From an uncultured Gemmatimonadaceae bacterium (GTDB taxonomy: Bacteria; Gemmatimonadota; Gemmatimonadetes; Gemmatimonadales; Gemmatimonadaceae): 64,000 nucleotides of DNA. The notes under the pieces are model-generated. The model saw only the letters and a program-made list of their open reading frames with translations, had not been told where the DNA came from and searched no databases. The stretch's first letter is position 1. Every line of letters begins with the position of its first letter. This document shows positions 36,572 to 46,741 of this stretch, in pieces. The stretch is from NCBI GenBank assembly GCA_963822945.1, contig CAWGJO010000027.1, positions 128,001-192,000 on the forward strand, given 5' to 3'. Both the position numbers and the translations under genes were made by a program.

Positions 36572-36600
36572 AGTATCGACCCGTGGACCGTGTGGCTTGA
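36572..36600 (-). promoter_or_regulatory. Sigma28-like promoter for the EAL-HDOD pair
   Basis: TCAAG-N15-GTCGATACT on the minus strand. Confidence 0.75.
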
Positions 36601-36604
36601 CCGT

Positions 36605-37460
36605 TCACGGCGACCCGCGGCCCGGGCTCAGCTCCGGCGCGGGGTCGGGAAGCGCCGTCGTGTCGTTGCCGTCGGGAAGTTGATGCACGAAGGGGAGCAG
36701 AATGGTTACCCGCCGGTTGGCCGCGCTGAACGGGTGCGCGGGATCGCGCAGGTCGCGATCGGCCATGCCTTTCACTTCGGCAATGCGGCTCTCGGGCAGG
36801 CCGGCGGCTTCGAGCACGCGGCGCGCCGCGTTGGCCCGGTCCGCCGACAGTTCCCAGTTGGTGTACGTGCTCGTCCCATACGGCGCGGCATCGGTGTGCC
36901 CCTCGATCTCCACCGGGTTCTGGAGCGCGACCAGTTCGCTCCCGATCATCGTGACCACCCGCAGGCCGATGGACGTGAGCTGCGCCGATCCCCGGGCGAA
37001 GAACGTGTCGCCCGAATCGCTCTCGACGAGTTCGATGCGCAGCCCGTTCTGGCCGACGACGATCTCGACGTTGGCGGCCACCTTCTGCAGGCCCGGAGAA
37101 TTCGTGAGTGCCTGCTTGATCTCGCCGCCGGTGACCGAGAGCTGCTGCTGCTCGCGCATGTACGCCACCGTGCGGAACACGTTGGCCTGCAGGGCAGACG
37201 GGGAATTGCCAGTCGAGAGCGGGCTCCTGCCGCTCCCGTAGCCGTGGCGGTATCCGACCGGGTTCGAGAAGTAGCCCTCGACGGCGCGCTTCACGTTCTG
37301 GTCCATGCCCGACGATCCACATCACCAGGAAGAACGCCATCAGTGCCGTGACGAAGTCGGCGTACGCCACTTTCCATGACCCGCCGTGATGCGCGCTGTG
37401 AGCCGCCTTCTTCTTGACGACGCGGATGATAACCGGCCGGTCCTCTTTCCGATCGCGCAC
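36605..37460 (-). CDS. motB: Flagellar stator protein MotB, frameshift near 37309
   Basis: HGGSWKVAYADFVTALMAFFLVMWI in one frame; OmpA-like IEGHTD, NWELSADRAN, NRRV in the next; one extra base in a 3-G run. Confidence 0.9.
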
Positions 37461-37461
37461 C

Positions 37462-38319
37462 CTACGCTGCCTTCCGACGGGTAAGCGCTTCGAGCTCCTC
37501 GAACGACGGGCGGTGCGTGGGTTCGATGTTCCGGCGCGCGAATTCGGCGCAGGTCATGGGCGCATCCCCGCGCGAGAACGAGAGGAGCGCCGTCCGGATG
37601 CACGCCAGATACGCCGACTCGCCGCGCACCCGCGTCTCGATGGCCTGGGCGATCGGCGCGAAGAACCCGTACGACAGGAGGATGCCCAGGAACGTCCCGA
37701 CGAGGGCCGCGGCGACCTTCGAGCCGACCTCGGCCGCCGTCCCGTTGATCGACTGCATGGTCACGACCACGCCGAGCACGGCGGCCACGATCCCGAACCC
37801 GGGCATCGCGTCCCCGGCTCGAGCCAGGGCGCCCGGCACCACCGAGGCCTCTTCGTGATGCCGCTCCAGGTCGAGGTCGAGGATCTCGGACAGGTGGTGG
37901 TCCTCGACCGTTCCGCTCAACATGACCTTGAGCGTGTCGCACAGCAGCCGCACCGCGTGTTCATGGCTGCTGAAGATCGGATACCTCTGGAACAGCAGGC
38001 TCGCGCCGGGATCCTCGACGTGGGTTTCCAGCGCAATCAGCCCGTCCTTCCGCGCCGTCTGGAACACCTCGAACAGCATCTGCAGGAGTTCCGCGTACGC
38101 GGACTCGGAGAAGTGGCTGGGCTTGAGCAGCCCGAGCACGTCCCGGACGATCGCCTTCAACACGGAGGGCGGATTGCCGATCACCATCGCGCCGACGCCC
38201 GCGCCGCCGATGATGATGAACTCCGAAACCTGCAGGAGTACCGCCACGTGGCCATCGTGCATGGTGTAGCCGAGCAGAATACTGCCGATGACGATGACGA
38301 TGCCGACGATAACAGTCAC
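37462..38319 (-). CDS. motA: Flagellar stator protein MotA
   Basis: EFIIIGGA, RKDGLIALE, PGFGIVAAVLG, ALVGTFLGILLSYG. Confidence 0.96.
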   Translation of the reverse strand: MTVIVGIVIVIGSILLGYTMHDGHVAVLLQVSEFIIIGGAGVGAMVIGNPPSVLKAIVRDVLGLLKPSHFSESAYAELLQMLFEVFQTARKDGLIALETHVEDPGASLLFQRYPIFSSHEHAVRLLCDTLKVMLSGTVEDHHLSEILDLDLERHHEEASVVPGALARAGDAMPGFGIVAAVLGVVVTMQSINGTAAEVGSKVAAALVGTFLGILLSYGFFAPIAQAIETRVRGESAYLACIRTALLSFSRGDAPMTCAEFARRNIEPTHRPSFEELEALTRRKAA

Positions 38320-38364
38320 GGGGCACGCTTGGGTCGAGGTCCGAAAGAATTTTCTCCGGCGGTG

Positions 38365-38393
38365 AGTATCGACCGGTCACCGAAGAAACTGGA
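38365..38393 (-). promoter_or_regulatory. Sigma28-like promoter for motAB
   Basis: TCCAG(TTT)-N15-GTCGATACT on the minus strand. Confidence 0.7.
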
Positions 38394-38426
38394 CCCCGAT
38401 CGGAGGAATCGGCCCAACGTGCAATG

Positions 38427-38660
38427 CTAGGCGGAGTTGCGGCTCCCTGGCGGATCGAGCAGGGCGGCCCAGTCGGAACCTGCCCGCGCGCGGCGATTCT
38501 CCTCGGCGATCTCGATCACGATTTCCTCGCGCTGGATCCCGACGTGCGCCGGCGCATCGATCCCGATGCGCGCGCCCCCGCGGTCGCAGGCCAGGAGCAC
38601 GATGCGGATCTCCGATCCGATCATGATCGCCTCCCCCGGGCGGCGGCTCAGGATGAGCAC
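38427..38660 (-). CDS. csrA: Carbon storage regulator CsrA
   Basis: (M)LILSRRPGEAIMIG...RIGIDAP...IQREEI. Confidence 0.92.
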   Translation of the reverse strand: MLILSRRPGEAIMIGSEIRIVLLACDRGGARIGIDAPAHVGIQREEIVIEIAEENRRARAGSDWAALLDPPGSRNSA

Positions 38661-38661
38661 C

Positions 38662-40127
38662 TTATGGCACCATGTTGAGGATGGCCTGCGCCATGTCGTT
38701 CGCTGCCTGCACCACCTTGGCCGCGGCCGCATACCCCTGCTGGAACTGCATGAGCTTGGTCATTTCCTCATCCAGCGACACGCTGCTCACCGATTGGCGA
38801 CGCGTATTGGCCTGCTGGGCGAGCGTCTGATAGGTCGACGCGTCGTTGCCGGCCGAGCTCACGTCAGCGCCGAGGCGCGTGACCAGCGACTGGAAGCTGT
38901 CGCCGAACGAACTGTTGGGCGGCAGCCCCACCTGGGCGGCGAAGGCGGCAGCGCCCATCGTGGTGCTGAGCGCCGTGGCGCCGGTGCCGTCTCGGAGGGC
39001 GCCAATGGCCAGCGCCACCGAATTGTCGCCCGTGGACGTGGTCCCCGACGCGATCACCGAACTGTCGGCCTGGACGGCCGACGACAGCTTGATGGTTTCC
39101 GCGGTGGTTGCCGTCGGATCGAAGAAGTCGATGCCGCTGCCCGTGGGGCCGACGGGAGGCGCCCCATTCGCGACGCGGATGGCGTCGCCCGATGCCGTGT
39201 AGCCGGTCTCGTGAATCGTGTTCACGGCGTTCACCACGCCGCGCGCCAGCGCGTCGAGTTGGCTGCGTACCGACGGCAGTTCGGTCTGGAGGAACGTGAC
39301 CAGGGTGCCGAGCGACCCGCCGCCACCGGCGGAAGCGGCGTGGAGTCGCCGCTGACGGTGAGCACGGGGGCGCTGGGCGTGCCGCCCAGGGTGAGCGTTC
39401 TCGCGTCGGCGCCGCTGACCACCGACACGCCGCCCAGCACCACGTTTACCCCGCCGTTGGTGCCGTTCAGTACCCGCACCGGCGCCAGTTGCGACAACTG
39501 GTCGAGCAGGCGGTCGCGCTGGTCGAGCAGGTCGGGCGCCTGGTGGCCGCCCGACTCGCTGGCGGTGATCTGGCGGTTCAGATCGCCGATCTGCCGCGCC
39601 AGTTGGTTGAACGACTGCACGTTCTGATCGAGTTGCGAGGCGGCGCTCGCCTGGGCGCTATCGAGTTGGCGCGCGTCGGTGTTGAGCAGGTTGGCCAGTT
39701 CGCCGCCGCGAGCGCGGACGACCGACTGGGCCGATGGATCGCCCGGGGTGTTGGACAGGTCCGACCATGACGACCAGAAGGCGTCCAGCGATGCGGCGAG
39801 CCCGGTGTCCGACGGTTCGTTGAAGATCGACTGGACGCCGGTGAGCAGGTCCTGATGGAGCGAGGCCGCCGAGCTGTTGGCCGACTGTTCACGGTACGTG
39901 GCGTCGAGCAGCGTGTCCCGCGCGCGGGTGACGTCGGCAATGGTGACGCCGGTCCCGAACACCCCCTGCGGCGTGACCAGCGGCGGGGTGGCCGAGAGTT
40001 CCGCGCGTTGCCGCGAATACCCTTCGGTGGATGCGTTGCTGACGTTCTGCGCCACCACCTGCATGGCGCCCTGCTGGGCGCGGGCCGCGGTGCTGGCGAT
40101 GCTGAGAATGCTCGTGAGCGATGACAT
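38662..40127 (-). CDS. flgK: Hook-associated protein FlgK, frameshift near 39324
   Basis: AQNVSNASTEGYSRQR, IFNEPS, LLDQRD; after the shift GGSLG...SVSLDEEMTKLMQFQQGYAAAAKV. Confidence 0.9.
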
Positions 40128-40136
40128 GATCTGGCC

Positions 40137-40658
40137 TCAGCCGCACCGGTTGACGAGGAGGCCGCTGCGCCCGGCGCCGGCCGCCGGGGCGTCGCCATAG
40201 GTCAGCGCCGGCACCGCGCCGGTGAGACGGGCGGCGTGCGCATCGTTGGTGGCGAGGGCAGTGCGCAGGACGCGCCGCGTGACCTCGACCTCGGCCGCCA
40301 ACCGGCGAGCGGAGGCGCGGAGCGCCACCCGCGCGCTGCGCACATCATCGGTCATGCGGTCGCCGAGGAAGTCCTCGATGTCGCCGATCGGGATGTCGGA
40401 CCCGCCGAGGAGCCGGCCGATGCTCCGCCGCCGGTGCCGGGCCTCGTGCAGCGTGAACAGCACGCGCTGCATGGCGTGCGACGTCCGGTCTACGGTCTCG
40501 AGGTCGTCGGCGCCGATCGCGGAGCGCTGCCGTGTGACGATCGCGGTCAGCTCCTCGACCAGGCGGCGTTCGGTGGCGAGCACGTCGTGAATGGCGTCGA
40601 CGGCGCCCGGGGGCGCGTGGGAACCGGGCGTGGCCCGCACTTCGGTGGACTGGTGCAT
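40137..40658 (-). CDS. flgN: FlgN-like export chaperone
   Basis: Helical ~173 aa protein between flgJ and flgK; QRSAI..DDL pattern. Confidence 0.65.
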   Translation of the reverse strand: MHQSTEVRATPGSHAPPGAVDAIHDVLATERRLVEELTAIVTRQRSAIGADDLETVDRTSHAMQRVLFTLHEARHRRRSIGRLLGGSDIPIGDIEDFLGDRMTDDVRSARVALRASARRLAAEVEVTRRVLRTALATNDAHAARLTGAVPALTYGDAPAAGAGRSGLLVNRCG

Positions 40659-40662
40659 GCGC

Positions 40663-41013
40663 TCAGCGCCTCGACGCCGAAGGTGGAATGGTCTGCGCGG
40701 CGTCGAGCGCCGCGTCGTTCCCAACCGGCGGGGTTCCGCCGGGCAGCCGGCTCGCCAGTTGGCGGTAGACGCTCTCGGCCAGGCCGTCGTGCCACTGCTG
40801 GGGTGCGGCGTCGGCGATCTTTTCGTCGAACAGGCCCGTGAACATGTCCTCTCCCGCGCCACCGTCGGCGTATCCGTCGTGGGGCACCGTCTGGCGCATG
40901 GCCTTGAAGAGCTGCTCCACGAAGACCCCCTCGAGTTGGTGCGCCGTGCGCCGGAGCCCCGCCTCGGGCGTTTGCGCGGTCGACGCGGCCGCGCTCGCGT
41001 TCACCGTTGTCAT
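40663..41013 (-). CDS. flgJ: FlgJ-like rod-binding protein, no muramidase domain
   Basis: LEGVFVEQLFKAMRQTVP, EDMFTGLFDEKIA, GLAESVYRQL; only 116 aa. Confidence 0.88.
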   Translation of the reverse strand: MTTVNASAAASTAQTPEAGLRRTAHQLEGVFVEQLFKAMRQTVPHDGYADGGAGEDMFTGLFDEKIADAAPQQWHDGLAESVYRQLASRLPGGTPPVGNDAALDAAQTIPPSASRR

Positions 41014-42076
41014 CGTACGATCACCTCGGCCGTGATCGCGCCCACGTCGCGCAGGGCCTCGAAGATCGCGGCGATCTGCGACGGTGGTGCGTTCACAGCA
41101 TGCAGCGCGGCGACGAGCGTCTGCACGCTGCTCCCCGCCGCCAGGTCCACCTGGCCCTGACGCCGGACAGTATCGGTCGGAAGGGCGCCGATCCTTAGCG
41201 CAATGTCGCCGGCGCTGGCCACGCCCTCGCCCACCGTCAGGTCGCCCCCCGCAACCACGGTGCCCGACCGGGCATCGATCACCACCCGACCGCTTCGCGC
41301 CGGCGCCACCTTGAGCTGTGCCACGCGCGTCATGGTGGCCGCGCGCTCGGCGGGCGTTCCCTTGAGCGCCAGGGACACCTGCCCCGGGTCGTCCACCACC
41401 GCCACGCTGTCGGCCAGCGCCTGGTTGATGGCGGCGGCAATGCGCGCGGCGGTGCCGGCATCCGGTTGCCGGAGTGTCAGATGCGCCGGACCGCCGGACG
41501 GGAGCGGCGTGCGCGGCAATTCCGCTTCCACGAGCCCCCCGTCGGTACCCGCGCGCTCGCCACGTCGGACGCCCGCATGCCGCCGGTCCAGGCGCCGGTC
41601 CAGGCGCTGCCCGCGGTCGGCCGGTCGGTGCCCACGAGCAGCGTGCCCTGCGCGCTACCCACCGGGGTGCCGCCCACGTCCATCACGAGCGGCGTCATCC
41701 AGAGCGTGCCGCCGCGAAGCGACCGGGCATCGCCGATCGACGACACCTGCACGTCGAATCGACCGCCGGGCCGCAGGTACGGCGACACCTCGGCAGTGAC
41801 GAGCACCGCCGCTACGTTCCGCGTGTTCAGCCAGTCGGGCGGCACCTGCACGTTGAATCGGCGCAGAATGTTGGCCACGGATTGGACCGTTTCCATCGAC
41901 CCACGGCCGGTGGCCCGGTCGCCCGTGTTCGGGAGGCCGACCACGAGCCCATAGCCCATCAGCCGGATCGGAACGGCCTGGTCGGCGATCACCAGATCGC
42001 GCACGGCAACATCCTGCGCGCCGGCGGAACCGGCGGCCACCGCGGCGGCGACGGCAAGCATCAGCAGTCGTTTCAT
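41010..42076 (-). CDS. flgI: P-ring protein FlgI, frameshift near 41540
   Basis: LMGYGLVVGLPNTGD, NVAAVLVTA, SSIGDARSLRGGTL; second frame VVIDARSGTVVAG...GAITAEVIV. Confidence 0.9.
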
Positions 42077-42744
42077 GGCCACAGCGCTCCCAGAATCCGA
42101 AGCAGCAAGTGTCCCTTCGGCTTGTCGATGTCGCCGGTGGCGTGGTACGTGAGCTGCGCGTCGGCGATCCGCCACGATTCGATGGTGTTCGTGGGCGAGA
42201 CGTCGTCCGGCCGGATCCAGCCCGAGATCGCCAGTTCTTCCTTGGACTTGTCGAGTTCAACGAGCTTGGTGCCCTTCACCTGGAGCAGTCCGGTGGGCGA
42301 CACGGCGACCACGCGGGCCGTGATCGCCCCCACGAAGTCGTTGGTCCGCGACGCCTGGCCCTCGACCTGGGAATGGCCGTTGTTCTCGCTGTTGATCGAG
42401 GCCTGTGGGCCCAGGCCGGCGGCGCCCTGCGCAGCGGCGAAGCCGAGGCTCCGGCTGCGCTGATCATCGGCCGCGTTCTTCCGGTCGGCGCTCGCGAGCA
42501 GGTGCTCGTCCACGTTGACGGTGATGATGTCACCGATGGCGAGTGGCATCCGGTCGGCGGTCCAGCTCTGCCGTGGGGCGCGGACTACCGGTGCGCCAAC
42601 GGGCGCCGAGAGCGGCGCACGGACCGACGACGAGTCGGGGCGGGCCTGCTGCGCGGCCGCCGTGGCGCCCGGCGCGGCGAACACCACCGCGACGGCAAAG
42701 AGGAAGCTCCACGAAAGTCTGCGAGTCATGGGTCGGGTTCTCAT
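42073..42744 (-). CDS. flgH: L-ring protein FlgH
   Basis: IGDIITVNVDE, ITARVVAV, SGWIRPDDV..NTIES.RIADA. Confidence 0.92.
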   Translation of the reverse strand: MRTRPMTRRLSWSFLFAVAVVFAAPGATAAAQQARPDSSSVRAPLSAPVGAPVVRAPRQSWTADRMPLAIGDIITVNVDEHLLASADRKNAADDQRSRSLGFAAAQGAAGLGPQASINSENNGHSQVEGQASRTNDFVGAITARVVAVSPTGLLQVKGTKLVELDKSKEELAISGWIRPDDVSPTNTIESWRIADAQLTYHATGDIDKPKGHLLLRILGALWP

Positions 42745-43433
42745 TGATGGGAGTTGAGCGTGGCGCGATGGGGGCCGGCGGCGATTCCGGCGAGCGTCCG
42801 CCCGCCGGACAGTCGGACGGTTACCGGATCGCCGGCCACCGCCGCGCGCTCCGCCGCGATACCGTGCACGACCAGTCGAATCCGGTCGTGCTGCCAGACC
42901 AGAGCGATGGAATCACCCGCCGCGATGAGCGGGGGCGGCTGGACCGCCGGCGATTGCAGAATTTCGCCGGGGCGGATGGCACGCTGTGCCACCCAACCGA
43001 GGCGGCCCGGCACGTGCCGGGCCGGGCGACCCCAGCGCACGATCACGGTGTCGACGGCAATGGCACGCGTCACCACCGCATTGCGCGGCAAGGCGGTACG
43101 GGCGACCCACGTCGATTCGGCCACGCCGGCGCGCACGCGCCACCGTGCCACGTCGGGGCCCGTGACCGCCGGCAGGGCGACGCTGAACCAGCCGCCGCGT
43201 TCGGCGACGAGCGCTGCGCGGGAGGCCGTGGTATCGATGCCGGCCACGGACCCCGTGGTGGCCCAGTCGAGCCGCACGGCAGTGGCCGGCACCTGCCAGC
43301 GCGCGGCCACCAGCGTGGCAACACGCCGGGTCACGGGCTCCGGCACGGCCGGCGCCTGCGCCAGAGCGGGCGCGCCGCGCAACCAGTGCGCGAGCAGGAC
43401 GGGCAGCACGAACCACGAACGCCGGTGCATCAT
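42741..43433 (-). CDS. flgA: P-ring chaperone FlgA
   Basis: Position between flgG and flgH; SAF-like PPLIAAGDSI...GDPVTVR. Confidence 0.8.
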   Translation of the reverse strand: MMHRRSWFVLPVLLAHWLRGAPALAQAPAVPEPVTRRVATLVAARWQVPATAVRLDWATTGSVAGIDTTASRAALVAERGGWFSVALPAVTGPDVARWRVRAGVAESTWVARTALPRNAVVTRAIAVDTVIVRWGRPARHVPGRLGWVAQRAIRPGEILQSPAVQPPPLIAAGDSIALVWQHDRIRLVVHGIAAERAAVAGDPVTVRLSGGRTLAGIAAGPHRATLNSHQ

Positions 43434-44218
43434 CGAATCAGGTTGTCCGCCATCTGCTGCATCTGATCACTGTTCGTGATCGCCTTCGAATTGATCTCGT
43501 AGGCGCGCATGGCGGTGATCATGTCGACCATCTCCTGCACCACCTGGACGTTGCTGCCCTCGAGATTTCCCTGGAGCAACTGCCCCATGCCATTGTCGCC
43601 GGGATAGCCGGTCACGGGTTCTCCGGACGCCGGCGTGGCCGAGAAGACGTTCTGACCGTCGGCCAGGAGGCCGGCCGGGTTGGCGAAGGTCGCGAGCTCG
43701 ATGCGGCCCAGATCCACCGGCGTGGTGTTCGAGCCCCGTGTGGCGCTCACCTCGCCGGTCCGTGAGATCGTGAGGGCGGTCGCGTCCTGCGGAATCTTGA
43801 TTCCGGGCACCACGGCGTAGCCGTCCTGTGTGACCAGCGTTCCCTGGTCGGACACGTTGAAGCTGCCGTCGCGCGTGTAGGCCGTTTCCCCGCTGGGCAT
43901 CGAGACCTGGAAGTAGCCCGCGCCTTCGATGGCGAGGTCGAGATCGCGTCCGGTCTGTTCGAGGTTGCCCTGCGTATCCAGGCGCTGAACGCCGGCCAGC
44001 CGCGTGCCACGGCCTATCTGGATGGGTGGCGCGGTCTGCGCGTCGGGCGAGCCGAGGATGGCGCCGTTCTGCACGTTCTGATAGAGCAGATCTTCGAAGT
44101 CGGCGCGGCTGCGCTTGAACGCGGTCGTGTTCACGTTCGCGAGATTGTTCGCGATCACGTCGGTGCGCGTCTGCTGCGCCATCATGCCGGTGGCGGCGGT
44201 GAGAAGTGCGGGATCCAT
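43430..44218 (-). CDS. flgG: Distal rod protein FlgG
   Basis: ANNLANVNTTAFK, FEDLLYQ, YTRDGSF, LEGSNV, RAYEINSK. Confidence 0.96.
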   Translation of the reverse strand: MDPALLTAATGMMAQQTRTDVIANNLANVNTTAFKRSRADFEDLLYQNVQNGAILGSPDAQTAPPIQIGRGTRLAGVQRLDTQGNLEQTGRDLDLAIEGAGYFQVSMPSGETAYTRDGSFNVSDQGTLVTQDGYAVVPGIKIPQDATALTISRTGEVSATRGSNTTPVDLGRIELATFANPAGLLADGQNVFSATPASGEPVTGYPGDNGMGQLLQGNLEGSNVQVVQEMVDMITAMRAYEINSKAITNSDQMQQMADNLIR

Positions 44219-44261
44219 GGTCAGTCCAGTGAAGAGGGATGAGTGGTGGAGTCCGTCGGCG

Positions 44262-44957
44262 TCAGACGGGCTTGGCGAGGTCGTTGCTGATCGTGCCGTT
44301 CACGCCGTCCATGGTGATCATCGCCTTCTGGACGGCGGCGTAGGCCCGCTGCACGGCGATCATGTCCACCATGCTGCTGATGGTGTTCACGTTGCTGTGC
44401 TCGAGACTCCCTTGCTGCACGTGCCGCGCCGACGGCGGCACCGGCGTGGTCGTGGACGGCGGAATGAACAGCGTGCCGGCGGCGTGCTGCAGCGCCGTGC
44501 CCGGCGGGACGGCTTCCAGGCGGAGGCGATCCACGAACTGGCCGTCGGCGTACACACCGCCGGCGGGATCGATGTGCACGGCGCCCCCGAGAATGCGGAT
44601 GGGTCCGGCGTCGCCGAGCACGTGGTTCCCGGATGCGTCGGCCAGATACCCCCCGGCGTCCAGTTGCAGCGATCCGCCGCGCGAGAGCCGATTCCCCTGC
44701 GGCGTCTGCACGACCAGAAAGCCGCGGCCGCCGATGGCGACGTCGAGCGGATTTCCGGTGGGCGTAATGGCGCCCGCGCTCATGTCGGTCGCGGCCGCCG
44801 GCGCCGTGGTGCCGTCGGCGAGCAGGGTACCGAACACGCGCTCGGCCTTGAACCCGTCGGTGTCGGCGTTCGCCAGGTTGTTGCTGATCACGTCCTGCCG
44901 GCGCTCCCAGTAGTGGAGGGCGGCGGCGGCGCTCGCCATCGGGTCGACGGGGCTCAT
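44262..44957 (-). CDS. flgF: Proximal rod protein FlgF
   Basis: SNNLANADTDGFK, TGNPLDVAI, LEHSNVN. Confidence 0.9.
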   Translation of the reverse strand: MSPVDPMASAAAALHYWERRQDVISNNLANADTDGFKAERVFGTLLADGTTAPAAATDMSAGAITPTGNPLDVAIGGRGFLVVQTPQGNRLSRGGSLQLDAGGYLADASGNHVLGDAGPIRILGGAVHIDPAGGVYADGQFVDRLRLEAVPPGTALQHAAGTLFIPPSTTTPVPPSARHVQQGSLEHSNVNTISSMVDMIAVQRAYAAVQKAMITMDGVNGTISNDLAKPV

Positions 44958-45199
44958 GCGAGTTCTCCGGCGCCGTCCTCGGTCCCGGCGGGCACGAGCA
45001 GCGCCACCGCGTCGTAGGCAAAGCGGGTCCGGCGCACGATCTCGTCGCGTGACAATCCCTGGGCGGCATACGCACAGATGGCGCGCCGCCGGCCGTGCGG
45101 GGAGAGCGACCGCGGCGGTTCCGCGGCCAGGGCGGGCGCCGAATCGGCCTCCGGCGTCCGCCGGCGCAATCCCGAGATGAGCATGGCGATGGGCGTCAT
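44954..45199 (-). CDS. Small HTH-like hypothetical protein
   Basis: 81 aa, ATGA-coupled to both fliA and flgF; AAQGLSRDEIVRRTRFAYDAVALL resembles an HTH. Confidence 0.6.
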   Translation of the reverse strand: MTPIAMLISGLRRRTPEADSAPALAAEPPRSLSPHGRRRAICAYAAQGLSRDEIVRRTRFAYDAVALLVPAGTEDGAGELA

Positions 45200-45969
45200 C
45201 CGACCATCTCCAGCGGCGTCAGTCCGCGCACCGGGCCCATACGAGCCCGCAGCTTGTCCAGCGCGCGCGTCCGGATCTGCGACACCCGCGACTCGGTGAC
45301 CCCGAGCACCTCGGCCACCTCGTGCATCTTGAGTTCTTCGTGGTAGTACAGCACCAGCACGTGGCGCTCCTGCTCCTTCAACTGCTTGAGCGCTTCGGTC
45401 ATGATCGCGATCTCCTGATCGCGCGTCATCTCGTCTTCGACCGTGGCCATGCTGTTGGTGCTCAGCTCGTCGAGGCCGCTCACCAACTCGCCGTCTTCGG
45501 CCGTGAGGGATTCCTCGATGGAGACCCGACCGGCCCGGCTCGCCGTGGCCGACCACCGGTCGAACGTGGCGATGTCGATGCCGAGGTGTTCGGCCACTTC
45601 GTGATTGGTGGGCTGGCGGCCGTTCTGTTGAGCCAGCGTTTCGCGGGCGCCGGCAAGCGCGCGCATCTTGCGCCGCACCGAACGGGGAACGTGGTCCTGG
45701 CGGCGCAACTCGTCGAGAATCGCCCCGCGGATGCGGGGCACCGCGTACGTACTGAACGCGAGGCCGCGGGCCGTGTCGAAACTGTCGAGGGCCGAGATGA
45801 GCCCGAGTGTGCCGTACGACACCAACTCGTCCATCTCGTGACGTGTGGAGAGGAGGCCGCACACCTGCTGCGCCACATGGTAGACGAGCGTGAGGTGCGC
45901 GTCGAGGAGCGCGTCGCGGGCCGTCGCGCTGCCGCGGGCGAATTCCTTCCAGAGTCTAGCGTGTTGCAT
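45196..45969 (-). CDS. fliA: Flagellar sigma factor (sigma28, FliA/WhiG)
   Basis: FSTYAVPRIRGAILDELRRQDHVPRS; LYYHEEL...LGVTESRVSQI. Confidence 0.95.
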   Translation of the reverse strand: MQHARLWKEFARGSATARDALLDAHLTLVYHVAQQVCGLLSTRHEMDELVSYGTLGLISALDSFDTARGLAFSTYAVPRIRGAILDELRRQDHVPRSVRRKMRALAGARETLAQQNGRQPTNHEVAEHLGIDIATFDRWSATASRAGRVSIEESLTAEDGELVSGLDELSTNSMATVEDEMTRDQEIAIMTEALKQLKEQERHVLVLYYHEELKMHEVAEVLGVTESRVSQIRTRALDKLRARMGPVRGLTPLEMVG

Positions 45970-46741
45970 GACGGGACCTGCCGGTGGAAGATGAGTTGGA
46001 GCGCGAACCCGGGACGTCCAGAGCGCGCCCGCCGATTTCGGCGAGCGCCATGAGCGCCGGGGAGACGCGCGGATCGCCGGACGGCGTGTCGGGCGTACGC
46101 CCCGCGAGGAGCGCGGCCAGCGCCGGATCGGCGGGCACGGTGCCGGCGTATTCGAGGGGCCGGCCGAGGAACTGCTGCGTGGCTCCGCTCAGGAGTTCGC
46201 GGATGCCGAATGCGGTGACATCGTCCTGCATGTTGCCCACCACGCGGACGTCGATCTGCGGGTGCTGCAGGTGGAGCAACTTCTCGAGCGCGTAGGCGCC
46301 GGCGGCGGCGATGCGGTCGTCGGTCGTGACGACGATCGCCGAAGCGGACGGCGCCGCGCACGCGGCCAGTACGGCGGCGGCGCGCGATCCGGCGTCGACG
46401 ACGACGACCTCGAAGCGGTCGTACGTCGATTCCAACCGGCGGTGGAGCGTGGCGCGCTGGGCCGCGGACAGGGCCGGCAACGCCGGATCGCGGCCGGCGA
46501 CCAGCGTCAACTCGCCGCCGGCCGGCGTGAGCACCAGCTCCGGCGTCGTGCCGAGCAGCAGATCGCCGGCCGTCCTGGGGGCGTCCACACCCAGCATCCG
46601 GGCAAGGGAGACCGCGCCCTCATCCGCTTCCACGAGCAGCGTGGTGCGCGTGGAGGCAAACGTCGTGGCCAACCCCGCCGCCAAGGTCGACGTTCCCACG
46701 CCGACCTTGCCGCCGGCCACCACGAATACGGGGGGTCTCAT
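45956..46741 (-). CDS. flhG: FlhG/FleN (MinD-like) protein, deviant Walker A
   Basis: Position between flhF and fliA; AGGKVGVGTST, VVVDAG, AYALEK. Confidence 0.75.
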   Translation of the reverse strand: MRPPVFVVAGGKVGVGTSTLAAGLATTFASTRTTLLVEADEGAVSLARMLGVDAPRTAGDLLLGTTPELVLTPAGGELTLVAGRDPALPALSAAQRATLHRRLESTYDRFEVVVVDAGSRAAAVLAACAAPSASAIVVTTDDRIAAAGAYALEKLLHLQHPQIDVRVVGNMQDDVTAFGIRELLSGATQQFLGRPLEYAGTVPADPALAALLAGRTPDTPSGDPRVSPALMALAEIGGRALDVPGSRSNSSSTGRSRHATR

